A DNA stretch of 64,000 bases from a virus. Made by a program: the position numbers and the translations under genes. This document shows, piece by piece, positions 1 through 9,313 of this stretch (position 1 is its first letter; every line of letters begins with the position of its first letter). Under the pieces are notes generated by a model. The model worked only from the letters and a program-made list of their open reading frames with translations, was not told the origin of the DNA and searched no databases. The stretch covers positions 70,437 through 134,436 of IMG/VR virus record IMGVR_UViG_3300036790_000408; one strand, written 5' to 3'.

Positions 1-610
1 ACGAAGGGGGCCCGCCGAGGGCCTGAACCGAGGCGAGGAGGTTCAAATCGTAGAAGTACCCAGCCTCCTGATCGGTGCGCCTGCCATAGCCATAGCGTCC
101 GACCCCACTGATCAGTTGGGCGATTGGCCACTGCGCCAGTTTGGTGATCGAACGCTGATAGGGAAACTGCTTCTCCTCGGTGATCGCCAGCCCGAGCTCA
201 AGCGTTACCGGGTTCGGTGAGGCCGTGTGATTGAACTGAACATTGGTCAGGACCATGACCTGGTTCGAGACCGAGGCGATGGTGCAGACTTCGGTGACCG
301 ATGGCACCAGGCGATCAAGGAGAACCGCCTCGCCGACCAAACTATCATTGTCACCGACATAGTTTGGCAGGGGCACTTGGACATTGGCGCCGGCGGAAAT
401 GGGATTGACCGAGGTGTACGTGGCCGACGGTGTCATGAAAGCCATGTACGCCGGCTGCCCGTTCGCATCCGTCTTGTAGATACAGCCCTCAGGACGCCGT
501 AGGAAATGGTCGATCAACTGACTGGCGCGGATGACCTGCGGACCAGAGGCGAGAGGTACGCCATATGTCTCGTAGTCCGTCGGGCCATCCAGATAGGAGG
601 GGAGCGGCAT
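1..610 (-). CDS. Partial virion protein (head-tail connector/adaptor-like position); runs off the window edge
   Basis: I translated the minus strand from ATG 610 (TGATG overlap with the upstream stop): MPLPSYLDGPTDYETYGVPLASGPQVIRASQLIDHFLRRPEG... It stays open to base 1. It is absent from the ORF track because it has no stop in the window. Function is inferred only from its position downstream of the capsid gene. Confidence 0.55.
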   Translation of the reverse strand, partial: MPLPSYLDGPTDYETYGVPLASGPQVIRASQLIDHFLRRPEGCIYKTDANGQPAYMAFMTPSATYTSVNPISAGANVQVPLPNYVGDNDSLVGEAVLLDRLVPSVTEVCTIASVSNQVMVLTNVQFNHTASPNPVTLELGLAITEEKQFPYQRSITKLAQWPIAQLISGVGRYGYGRRTDQEAGYFYDLNLLASVQALGGPPS

Positions 611-1023
611 CAGTCTGAATTCATGATGCAGGCGAAAGCCGCGATCGTGCCAGTCGAGCCAGAGGTGTTATCGACCTCGATCTGGAATGTCAGGAAGGGC
701 AGATCGTCCGTGATATCGACGATCAGCAGTGTGCCGGACACGATCGACGTGGTCGATATCGGCCGCGCTATGGTGCCGCCGATGTCCAGATAGCGGGTTA
801 TGATCAGGGTGCCGGCTTGGTTCATCTGAACCGCGACCGAGATAACCTGATAGCCATCAGCGAAGATGACGCCGCTTTTCCAAGACCCAGACCCGGCAAT
901 GGTCTGGCCGGCAGTCAGAATGCCATTCGGCATCGCGACGGCGGCGATCTGCATCTTGCCGGCGAGACTGATCGGCTGCTCAAATCCGCCGCTGGTTTCA
1001 TAGTCGTGCGCGGCTAAGGGCAT
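610..1023 (-). CDS. Hypothetical protein, probable virion component
   Basis: 137-aa beta-rich ORF in the head operon, translationally coupled to the next gene. Confidence 0.55.
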   Translation of the reverse strand: MPLAAHDYETSGGFEQPISLAGKMQIAAVAMPNGILTAGQTIAGSGSWKSGVIFADGYQVISVAVQMNQAGTLIITRYLDIGGTIARPISTTSIVSGTLLIVDITDDLPFLTFQIEVDNTSGSTGTIAAFACIMNSD

Positions 1024-1032
1024 GCGACTATC

Positions 1033-1308
1033 CTATGCGAACCGGTATCTATGCTGCGGTCGCTGCTTCACGGCGAAGCCATTCTTGACCAAGTACTCGG
1101 CCAACGCCTGATCCCTCACGGTACACATCCCGTCCTCGAAAATCAGATCGAAGTTCTTTGGCCGGGGCGGGATCATTGAAGCGTCCCACCACTTCCCGTT
1201 GTCAGTTTCCAGCGTGTACTGGTTGGGAAGGTGCCCCGCCGGCGAACAGCTCATGAAGTGCTTGTCGCCTGGCGGCTTATTGGGAGATCCCGAGAGATAG
1301 ACGATCAT
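1033..1308 (-). CDS. Hypothetical protein downstream of the major capsid gene
   Basis: 91-aa ORF, co-oriented, with short spacing to its neighbours. Confidence 0.55.
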   Translation of the reverse strand: MIVYLSGSPNKPPGDKHFMSCSPAGHLPNQYTLETDNGKWWDASMIPPRPKNFDLIFEDGMCTVRDQALAEYLVKNGFAVKQRPQHRYRFA

Positions 1309-1327
1309 CAGCTACCTGCGGTTGGGG

Positions 1328-2401
1328 TTAAGTGCGCTGGATGGCCACCACAGCATGCGCATACGAGGCGCCCTTGGCGACGATGGTGTCGAACTGCACA
1401 GCCACGTACTGACCGGACAGGGCGGCCGGCAGACCAAGGCGGTAGAGCTGCGGATCAGGGTTCTGCGTCTGACCAGAGATGTACGGCCGCTCGATCATGC
1501 TCTCGGTCAGGATCGCCGCGTAATAGTTCTTGTAGCCGGAGGTCGGTGCGCCGAAACCGTAAGCCGAAGACGACGACGACGGTAGATATACGTCGGCGAT
1601 GATCGGCAGCGGGCCAGCCTGGGTGTCGATGTTCTTGACGGTGACGCCGGCGACCACGGTAGAGCCCATGGTGATGTTCGTCGCCTTGGCCTCGGTATCG
1701 AGGTAGTGCCCAAGGATCGGGTTCATGTAGATCGCGGTCGGCTTCACTTTGAATGTGGTGTTCGCCATCATCTGTGCGACAGCGAACTTAATTCCATCGA
1801 CCATGGAGGAGCCAGGCAGCACGCTGGACTGCTGGGTGATCTGTGTCAGCAGGCCGACATACTGATCCGTGGTAGCCGTGGTCAGGGAGGTGTCGGTGCC
1901 GGTCCAATAAGCGGAGGCTGCCTCCACAATGATGCCGTTGACGCAATCCTGGATGTCGCGCGACTCCAGGTTATCGAACACGCCCTGCTGTTGCGTGACC
2001 TGCACGTCGAAGAGGGTCAGGTTGATCTGGTTGACCAGCGCCTTGATCAGCACCGACCGCTCAACGCGGGTCGGTCCAGACGGCGTCGGCGTCAGGTTCC
2101 TAGGATCGGTAAAGCCACCCAGCCCGATCAAGAGCTGCTCGATATAACGATGCGGGTGACCGGTGGCGCGGCGAGCCTGAATGCGCTGGCGCAGGACGCC
2201 CTCGCGGCGCACCATGTCCAGGATCTCACGCTCGTAGAGGTTCACCTCGATCGCGCCATTGCCGAAGAAGTCAGCAGCGGCGGCAACGCGCCCAAGGCTT
2301 GCGCTGTTGGAGACGGCGGACCCAAGTTGCGTCATGATCGGGTCGCCGCGGCCAGCCCAGCGCGCAATACCCACCCGATTAGAGTCGGCTATGGAGAGCA
2401 T
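1328..2401 (-). CDS. Major capsid protein (HK97-fold inferred)
   Basis: 357 aa, directly after the protease/scaffold gene in a TerS-TerL-portal-protease operon. Segments such as YEREILDMVRR and ATGHPHRYIEQ resemble phage capsid proteins I recall (not verified by search). Confidence 0.8.
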   Translation of the reverse strand: MLSIADSNRVGIARWAGRGDPIMTQLGSAVSNSASLGRVAAAADFFGNGAIEVNLYEREILDMVRREGVLRQRIQARRATGHPHRYIEQLLIGLGGFTDPRNLTPTPSGPTRVERSVLIKALVNQINLTLFDVQVTQQQGVFDNLESRDIQDCVNGIIVEAASAYWTGTDTSLTTATTDQYVGLLTQITQQSSVLPGSSMVDGIKFAVAQMMANTTFKVKPTAIYMNPILGHYLDTEAKATNITMGSTVVAGVTVKNIDTQAGPLPIIADVYLPSSSSSAYGFGAPTSGYKNYYAAILTESMIERPYISGQTQNPDPQLYRLGLPAALSGQYVAVQFDTIVAKGASYAHAVVAIQRT

Positions 2402-2444
2402 ATCAGAAACCCTTCTTTCGGGTGGTGGTGGGATTGGCGCTGGA

Positions 2445-3983
2445 TTAGTTCTGGTATGCCAACAGACCAGCAGAGGCGAATTGCTTCTTCAGGTCCATCC
2501 GGATCGAGAGATCCGTCACGCCGGCGTCGGCCAGGATCTTGTCGATCTTACCGACCGGGATGGTCTTGCCATCTTCCGGCAGTTCGATGCCGTACTTGTT
2601 GAGCGAGGCCATTACGTCGGAAGGAACCGTTTTGCGGGTCGGTTCCTGACGATCTGCATTCGACGCCGCCGTGATGTCAGCGACCCTGGTCTGCATCGAG
2701 GACACCGCGTCGGCGAGCTGAGCGCTGACCTGGGTCAACTTCTCTTCCAGCGCTGTCTGACTGGCCTTGAGCGCCTTGTACTCCGGCGTCTCTTCAACCT
2801 TCTGCGCCTGCACGACGGGAGCGGCCGAAGCGAAATAACCAGAGTCGTGATAGGAGTCTGGGATCTTGCCGCGGGCGCCGTCGGCACGCATCGAGTCTGC
2901 CATCCGGCGTAGGTGGTGAGCGTGACCATTGCCGGAGACGGAGCCAACGCCATCCTGCTCCATCTTCTCGGCAGCAGCTTCAAGGCGCATAGCGTGCGGC
3001 TCTACCTTGCTCATCGCGGCATTGACGGCCATGACGATGTTCGGGGCCTTCTGCAGCTCAGCGAGTGCGGCAGCCTGCGCAGCAAGAGCGTCCGTAATTG
3101 GCTTGAGGCTCTCGGCCAGGAGACCCTTAACGGCGTCTACAGCTTCAGTCATTTCGTGCTCCTGTGCAGCCGCAGCGGCCAATGAAGTGTTCATGTACGC
3201 AGCGTCGTTTTTCATGAGGATCGCCGCGCCGGTGAAGACGCAGGATCGAATGACGATCGGATCGCCCATGGGCTGATCGACCTTCAATTCCTGTGCTTCG
3301 AAAGAGAAACCGAGCTTGTCTTGCTCAAGGTGGATCTTGATAGCTTCGCGCGGGAAGTCGGCCGCATAGATGAAACCTTCGATCATCAGCGCATCGCCTT
3401 CGATGTGCGCGGATGAAATGAGGCCGATCTTGTTCTGTGCGTCGTGCCCGTTCAGCTCTTTGGTGATACCGATACCCATCCCCATCAGGGATGGCAGGGC
3501 ACTCTCGGCAGCCGCCCTGGTCAGCATAATACGTTTGCCGAAAGCGCCATTTGGCGCGCGGTCGGACGGCGAGTCGATCCGGGTCAGAATGCCAGAGAAC
3601 GGCATCCGGTTGGGATGCCCCTCGATCGTCGGCAGGTTGAGCGACACCGCCTCGAACCGCATGGCACTGATGGTCATCAGCATGGGGCGCGCGGGGATGT
3701 CGGCGGCGGGATTTTGCTCATCAGCTCCGGCATCGACCGAGATGCCAAACTTCTTGGCTGCGCGATGAATGCGCGCCATGGCGCTTTTCTTCTCAGCCGG
3801 AGTTAGTCCCTCAGTCTGATTGAAACGCGCCAAGGCATTGCGCACATGAGCCGCATCATGGATCGGAAGTTTGCGCTTGCCCGGCACAGCGAACTGTTCG
3901 CTTCCGAGACTATCCCGATCCTTGGTGTCGAGAACCTTGGCATCGATGTCCTCGACTTCCTCGGGCTCGACTTCTGGCGGCAT
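2445..3983 (-). CDS. Prohead protease/scaffold with N-terminal DUF6582-like domain
   Basis: N-terminal KRKLPIHDAAHVRNALARFNQ; central protease-like core with a candidate His (NGHD) and Ser (LGFSFE); Ala/Glu-rich helical C-terminal scaffold; lies between portal and capsid genes. Confidence 0.72.
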   Translation of the reverse strand: MPPEVEPEEVEDIDAKVLDTKDRDSLGSEQFAVPGKRKLPIHDAAHVRNALARFNQTEGLTPAEKKSAMARIHRAAKKFGISVDAGADEQNPAADIPARPMLMTISAMRFEAVSLNLPTIEGHPNRMPFSGILTRIDSPSDRAPNGAFGKRIMLTRAAAESALPSLMGMGIGITKELNGHDAQNKIGLISSAHIEGDALMIEGFIYAADFPREAIKIHLEQDKLGFSFEAQELKVDQPMGDPIVIRSCVFTGAAILMKNDAAYMNTSLAAAAAQEHEMTEAVDAVKGLLAESLKPITDALAAQAAALAELQKAPNIVMAVNAAMSKVEPHAMRLEAAAEKMEQDGVGSVSGNGHAHHLRRMADSMRADGARGKIPDSYHDSGYFASAAPVVQAQKVEETPEYKALKASQTALEEKLTQVSAQLADAVSSMQTRVADITAASNADRQEPTRKTVPSDVMASLNKYGIELPEDGKTIPVGKIDKILADAGVTDLSIRMDLKKQFASAGLLAYQN

Positions 3984-3987
3984 GAAA

Positions 3988-4698
3988 TTACGCCGGCGTG
4001 CCGGTGGCCGTCACGGTGCCCTTCAAGGTCAACGTGCCGCCCGCATTCAACGCCGCCACATTGGTGCCGGCGACCGTGAACAGCAGATCGGTGCCACCCG
4101 AGGCGATGGTAAGTTTGCCGGTCGAGCTCAGCAGGGTGGTCGCACCCTGGAACGTGGGGTTACCGTTGGTGTCCAACAGCGCCACGTTCAAGCCGTTTGA
4201 CTGGTATTGCAATGCGTTGCCGATCTCCTGCACTTTGTCTGTGCCGAGCACAACCAGTGCGCCACTCTGGATCCCTAGACGAGTAGCGGCAATGAGCGGT
4301 TGCCCGTTGATGGTGCCGATCTGCGAGCCTGGATCGATCGTCGAACCAGAGGAACCGGAGCCACCGGTGGACGACAGCGTCAGGGCGTTCTGCAGGTAGC
4401 TGTTGAGAACGATGTTGACCGTGAGCGCGAGGAAGTTGCTCGGGACATCCGTCAGAACGGTCCAGTCCCAGTAGCAAATGAGATTGCCATTGGTCAGGGC
4501 GTCGAACATAGCGCCCTTGGTCAGCACACCACCAACCGGGCCGGTCGGGCCGGTGATCTGGGTGACGCTCTGCGTCAGACCCGAGGCAGCCGTGCCCGTC
4601 AGGCTGACCGCTTCGCGCGTATAGGTGGTCGCCTCAGAGAAAACTCCGGCGTTGGTGATGCCGATGCCGAGGGCGTACCAACCGGTGAAAACAGCCAT
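3988..4698 (-). CDS. Putative virion structural/decoration protein
   Basis: 236 aa, Gly/Thr-rich beta-strand composition, inside the head operon. Confidence 0.55.
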   Translation of the reverse strand: MAVFTGWYALGIGITNAGVFSEATTYTREAVSLTGTAASGLTQSVTQITGPTGPVGGVLTKGAMFDALTNGNLICYWDWTVLTDVPSNFLALTVNIVLNSYLQNALTLSSTGGSGSSGSTIDPGSQIGTINGQPLIAATRLGIQSGALVVLGTDKVQEIGNALQYQSNGLNVALLDTNGNPTFQGATTLLSSTGKLTIASGGTDLLFTVAGTNVAALNAGGTLTLKGTVTATGTPA

Positions 4699-4719
4699 AG
4701 CGCGAACTCCTGTCGGAAA

Positions 4720-5226
4720 TTAGATGAAGCGGCTGAGAGCCCGCAGCTTCAACATCGCTGTGGCGTCAGCCCCGCGCATTGCTGCCGGTAGCAGGGGAAT
4801 GATTTCAAGCAGACGGGCCTCAATCCCAAGCAGGGCATTGAAGGCGTCCGGATCGCGCTGGCCGCACGAAATGGCGGCATAGTTCAGCGCCGCGCGCGCC
4901 CGGATCTCTGGGTCACCGGTAGGTTTGCGGTCCGGATGGTCGCCGGGCGCATCCGGGAAGGTCTTGTGGTATTCCTCGCCGTCCGTATCGCCGTCGCCTT
5001 CGTATGGCTCGCGTTCCTTGTTGGGCCAAGGCTTCGGTCCAGCGATGACCGCGCGCGGAGTTTCGCCGCGGAGCCGCGCCATGGCATTTCTCTCGTGCAT
5101 GGTATCCCTCAAACGGTATAATTCGTGGTTACGTTGGCACCAGAGACGCTCATGGTGAGAACCACGGTGTGAGATCAGGAGGCCCCTACACTGAATAGGT
5201 AGCGCTATCAGTTGCTCCAGTGACAC
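4720..5226 (-). CDS. Hypothetical protein (start uncertain)
   Basis: Co-oriented ORF filling the gap in the head operon. Confidence 0.4.
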   Translation of the reverse strand: MSLEQLIALPIQCRGLLISHRGSHHERLWCQRNHELYRLRDTMHERNAMARLRGETPRAVIAGPKPWPNKEREPYEGDGDTDGEEYHKTFPDAPGDHPDRKPTGDPEIRARAALNYAAISCGQRDPDAFNALLGIEARLLEIIPLLPAAMRGADATAMLKLRALSRFI

Positions 5227-5551
5227 TACATGTCACTTGTACGGTATGGGATCCTGAAGTATTCGGTACAGAATGTAGAATGTATGACCACAGACCGTCA
5301 GGAAGATGGGTGTATGACTGACTTACTGGATTAAATGTTGTCCCATCAATCTGGAATAAAAAATCTTCTATATTTCCAGTCTGTTTAGCTACATTAAAAG
5401 ATACCGAGTCACCACCAGAGCTATAGCTTAATGGTAACCAAAATAGAACGGCTGGAGTTGGAATTTTCTCTATTGACGCAGCGATATCAGCAAGGTCGAT
5501 TGCTGTGACTCCACCAGTCGGTATTACCGTGATGTCTGCGCTGGCGGTCAT
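5186..5551 (-). CDS. Hypothetical protein with low-GC C-terminal beta (Ig-like?) segment
   Basis: Start reassigned to ATG 5551 (MTASADITV), which has a GAGG RBS just after the upstream stop. Confidence 0.55.
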   Translation of the reverse strand: MTASADITVIPTGGVTAIDLADIAASIEKIPTPAVLFWLPLSYSSGGDSVSFNVAKQTGNIEDFLFQIDGTTFNPVSQSYTHLPDGLWSYILHSVPNTSGSHTVQVTCSVTGATDSATYSV

Positions 5552-5561
5552 TGATGCCTCA

Positions 5562-5852
5562 TTAGGAGAAGAGAAAAATCTCGATTGTCTCACCGGTAAG
5601 GTTGCCGGAAAGCGCAGCAACATTCAGCGTAAAACCGGTGTTGGTGGGGCTGCTGATGAAGGCGACAGCGGCCTCCTTCATGCAGGGAATAGCGATATAG
5701 GGTGTTGGAACCGGCTCCGTCCAAGTGACTGCAACGGTCGCTGTGCTGGCACTTCCGGCATACGTCGCCGAGACTGAGCCGATGCAAATCCTATCCGCGA
5801 GGTTCGGCAGCAAGCCGTCCGGCGAATAGGCGGTATGAAAAGCTACGCCCAT
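5562..5852 (-). CDS. Hypothetical virion-associated protein
   Basis: 96 aa, beta-rich, coupled to the portal stop codon. Confidence 0.55.
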   Translation of the reverse strand: MGVAFHTAYSPDGLLPNLADRICIGSVSATYAGSASTATVAVTWTEPVPTPYIAIPCMKEAAVAFISSPTNTGFTLNVAALSGNLTGETIEIFLFS

Positions 5853-7309
5853 CAGGGATCTTCCTCGGGTTCGAATGATGCGGCCAGGCGCGGTGGCGCA
5901 GGCCGCGGATTGGCTCCTGCGGCAGGCTTCGCTGGACCCACGGTCGGCGGTTGCTGCGGTCTCGTCTTGTTGGAGGCGAGATCTGGATCGTCGATTACCG
6001 CTGTACCCTTGGCCGCCTGGATGGCGATGTCGGCGTCACTCTTGGTCATGTCACCCCAGGCATTCTCGGCCGGGGCTTCACCAAGCTTTCGGCGGATTTC
6101 GTTCGGGGTGAAAACGTTCGCGCCGTAGTACCGCGTCAGGATGGTGGAGGTCTTTTCCAGGTCTTCCCGCTCAACACCCTTCCACAAGAACCGAAGTTGA
6201 GAGAACCCAAGAGCACCCCAGACCACCTTGCGGGTGAGAGCGTTGGCCAGCACCGTTGCCATCGGCTTGATAGCGTGGATCCACTCTCGATCCTCACCAA
6301 CTTCGGCCGTGCTCCGGTTGACGTCACGTTCCAGGTTCAGCGACATGTTCGAGATGTCGAACGCAGCCGCGACCTCGGTGCGAATGAATTCCTGGTATTG
6401 CAGATAGAGCGCTTTGTCGCCCTCAGGGTAGAGCTTCTGCACCGCCAACCCGCGAGTGCGCCCAGCCCCAGCCTGCCCGTCCACCAGTTCGGTGCCGATG
6501 ATCGGGATCTTGCCCTGACCTTCGATCTCGTTGGTCCAGTACGTGCGCCACGTTTCGACCATGCGGGTCGAGACTTCGCCAAGGTCGATGGCGAACGGTG
6601 GCAGTGCGTTGCCGGCCAGCTTCGCGGCGAATGAGGCTGTGGCAAGCTGGTTCGAGATGCTCTGGAAGGCAACTTCGAGCGGGCCGTAGCCAAACGGCGA
6701 ATGAGTCGATGGATTGGGTCGAATGTAAACGATCTCGTCGTCACGAAGCTTCACGCCGGGCTGCTGGCCTTGGGTGAAGTTGCCGCCATAGCCGAGCGTT
6801 TGTAGGTAGCGCGGCTCGTTCTTACCGCCCTTCCAGCCAGGGAAGATGTTGATCGACAAACCGTCCACCGGCCACAGGAACACCGGGCGATCCGGGAACT
6901 CTGACTTGCCAATCTCGATCACACCGGCGCCGAGACAGACATCGTTGATGACCTGGCTCAACAGGGTGTTGAAGCTGTCATCGTCGTTCGGCAAACTGAA
7001 ACACAGCGTGGCGACTTCGATCTGTCGCCTGATCTCCGAGTTGGGCGATATGCCCTTGTTCGGAGCGATCTCCCACTCAAGCTGGGATAATGGGTTCTTA
7101 ATCGTATTGATCGCGCGGCGGGCGATCGGCGTGTTGGAGAAATAGCGCAGGTTGCGCGGGGTTGGTTTGTAAACAACGCGACTGGATTGAGTGTACGCGT
7201 TCTGCCCAATCATGATCAGATTGGGGAAGGCGATCGACTCTCGTGTCGGCTCCTTGGTCGGTCGACCCAAACGCCGGGGCCGCCAGGTGAAGATATCCTT
7301 GACTGCCAC
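5852..7309 (-). CDS. Phage portal protein
   Basis: 485 aa after TerL. Portal-type segments include LWPVDGLSI, EIVYIRPNPSTHSPFGYGPLE, RTEVAAAFDIS and FTPNEIRRKLGEAP. Confidence 0.88.
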   Translation of the reverse strand: MAVKDIFTWRPRRLGRPTKEPTRESIAFPNLIMIGQNAYTQSSRVVYKPTPRNLRYFSNTPIARRAINTIKNPLSQLEWEIAPNKGISPNSEIRRQIEVATLCFSLPNDDDSFNTLLSQVINDVCLGAGVIEIGKSEFPDRPVFLWPVDGLSINIFPGWKGGKNEPRYLQTLGYGGNFTQGQQPGVKLRDDEIVYIRPNPSTHSPFGYGPLEVAFQSISNQLATASFAAKLAGNALPPFAIDLGEVSTRMVETWRTYWTNEIEGQGKIPIIGTELVDGQAGAGRTRGLAVQKLYPEGDKALYLQYQEFIRTEVAAAFDISNMSLNLERDVNRSTAEVGEDREWIHAIKPMATVLANALTRKVVWGALGFSQLRFLWKGVEREDLEKTSTILTRYYGANVFTPNEIRRKLGEAPAENAWGDMTKSDADIAIQAAKGTAVIDDPDLASNKTRPQQPPTVGPAKPAAGANPRPAPPRLAASFEPEEDP

Positions 7310-7331
7310 GAGCGCCCTCCGGACTAGGGCG

Positions 7332-7850
7332 CTATGGCTTTATCGCACACGCCCAGTCTTGCCTCATGACCAGCACGTCGAACCGCGCATGGATTGCCTT
7401 GCGCCCGCCGACTGTATCCATGTCGTCAAATGCCATAACCCCGCCTGACACCATGCGCGGCCAGAAATTATCAATCACCGCCAGCACGCTTTGGTACTGG
7501 TCGCAGTCACAATGCACGAAGGCGACTTCCTGCACATCATCAGTCAGGGTGCTGGGGAAGACGCCGGCGTGAAAGATAGCGTCTGGAATGTAGGCCTGAA
7601 CGTGCACCAGAGAGGTGTTGGAGAAATCCCCGACCTTGTGTGTATCGAAGTCCTCAGCGTGCGGCATACCAGAGAACGTGTCGTAGAGGTGTAGATCCCG
7701 CTTTTGCGTCCTGGCAACTCTGGATAGATACCAAGCCGATCCGCCCTGGAAAACGCCAACCTCGACGAAGGCGCCGGGAGGCGCGTCGAAAGCGATACTG
7801 GTCAGACAGGCTATCCTGGCTTTGTGGATGACCGAATGTGGAGGTGTCAC
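7332..7850 (-). CDS. TylF/MycF-family O-methyltransferase
   Basis: Motifs GAFVEVGVFQGGS, LYDTFSGMP, FVHCDCDQYQS and GGVMAFDD. The GTG start overlaps the TerL stop. Confidence 0.82.
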   Translation of the reverse strand: MTPPHSVIHKARIACLTSIAFDAPPGAFVEVGVFQGGSAWYLSRVARTQKRDLHLYDTFSGMPHAEDFDTHKVGDFSNTSLVHVQAYIPDAIFHAGVFPSTLTDDVQEVAFVHCDCDQYQSVLAVIDNFWPRMVSGGVMAFDDMDTVGGRKAIHARFDVLVMRQDWACAIKP

Positions 7851-9313
7851 AGGAGGCGCGTTATGATCGGATCGGCGGGGCGCGCAAAGGCGAGAACCAA
7901 ACTATCCCCACGGTCAGGGCTGCGGCCGATACGTTCGATCAAGTCCTCCTTGTCCTCTACCTGCAGACCATTCGTTTTGTAGGTGTACCGCGGCGCGGTG
8001 AGGTCGTTGAGCAACTGGCGGTCGGGCGGAATGGCGAGGTCATCACCAAGATTGGGATCAAGAGCTTCTCGCAGTTTCCACCACCACTCAGTCTTCTTGC
8101 GGGTGAACCCAAGCTGTCCGCTCGAGTCCCTGGCAAAACTACTTTGCCTGGCATCCATCGCGTAGGCTTTGAGGCCAGAGGCTTTGGCCAAGTCATAGAC
8201 GCTGGCGCCAATATTGATGACATCGATGTTGATCGAGGGCCGCTCGCCGGACGGGATCGCACCAGCGATCAGCTCCAGCACCCTGAAACCATCCGGCGTT
8301 TCGGTGCCGGGAAAGGTCATCTGCTCGTCAAACCAAGGTCCGTAACGGGCCGTAATTACGGTATAGTCCTTGCCGCCGCGCGCCACGTCAACGCCGAGCG
8401 AGTCCATCCTGATCCGGGGATCGAGGTCTTCCTTCGGCTTCCAGCGCGCCTGTGCCTGCAACACCCACTCAGTCGGAATGATCTGCCGCGGATGATCTTC
8501 GTGACCGACCAGGAAGTCGCCATGAAGCATCTGGCTTCGCAGCGGCTCCGGCATCGCCTGGAGCACCGACATGTACCCGCTCTGCATGTAGACCGGATTG
8601 TCGGTCAGGCGAGCGCGAATGAATGTTCGGCTAAGCGGTTGAACCGGGTAAGGCTCGCCAGGGACATAGATCAGCCCAGGGCCATCGACCTCGGTATCGA
8701 TCATCCTGCCGGTTTTCTTGTCCTTGATCTGCGCGAACCAACGAAGTTCACCGTCAGCAGCAGGACGAGAATGTTTCGGATCCAGCCAAGGTGACCAGAA
8801 CGCGGTCACCCAGTAGCCCTCTTGGTTTGTCGGCGGGTTGCCAGTGGCCACCACGCGAGACCGCTGACCCCTTACGTCAGAGCGGTTCCAGCCCATCAAG
8901 AACCGGAACTGGCTCTCGTGAAAATGGGTGATCTCGTCGAAGCCCTTCAGGTCATGTGGGCGACCCTGGTAGGCTTGTTCATCGCCGAGGATCTGGCAGG
9001 CGCCAAACTCTACCCGGCGCCGCTTCTCGCCAACCTTGAGCCGCCAGATTTCCTTTTGGCCATTGAAGGTGCCGAACGGCAGATAGAGCGTTTCCGCGCG
9101 CTCCCGGAGACCCTGTAGCTGCTTGAACGATCGTCTAAAAATAATAGACGAAGAATGTTCCGTGCCACTGAGTCCAAGAAGGAGATCGCTCTTGCCTCCG
9201 CCGGCTGCGCCGCCGAAGAATAGGATATCAGCCTTGCTCTCCATTGCCCGCGTCTGAGGGCCCGGGAACGGGGTCCAGATCAACGGCTCCGCTGATTTCG
9301 AGCGGCGCTCCAT
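7847..9313 (-). CDS. terL: Terminase large subunit
   Basis: WTPFPGPQ, Walker A GGAAGGGKS, Walker B GFDEITHF, motif C ATGNPP, and nuclease motifs LGVDVARGGKD and SPDRGDSL. The frame is open to 9415; ATG 9313 has a GAGGTG RBS. Confidence 0.93.
   Translation of the reverse strand: MERRSKSAEPLIWTPFPGPQTRAMESKADILFFGGAAGGGKSDLLLGLSGTEHSSSIIFRRSFKQLQGLRERAETLYLPFGTFNGQKEIWRLKVGEKRRRVEFGACQILGDEQAYQGRPHDLKGFDEITHFHESQFRFLMGWNRSDVRGQRSRVVATGNPPTNQEGYWVTAFWSPWLDPKHSRPAADGELRWFAQIKDKKTGRMIDTEVDGPGLIYVPGEPYPVQPLSRTFIRARLTDNPVYMQSGYMSVLQAMPEPLRSQMLHGDFLVGHEDHPRQIIPTEWVLQAQARWKPKEDLDPRIRMDSLGVDVARGGKDYTVITARYGPWFDEQMTFPGTETPDGFRVLELIAGAIPSGERPSINIDVINIGASVYDLAKASGLKAYAMDARQSSFARDSSGQLGFTRKKTEWWWKLREALDPNLGDDLAIPPDRQLLNDLTAPRYTYKTNGLQVEDKEDLIERIGRSPDRGDSLVLAFARPADPIITRLL

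Noticed and set aside
1706-2602. Long plus-strand ORFs opposite the head genes (also 5951-6634 and 7838-8794)
   Set aside because: Antisense shadows of high-GC coding genes, with no recognisable motifs.
5186-5500. Diversity-generating retroelement target
   Set aside because: No reverse transcriptase and no template-repeat copy in the window.
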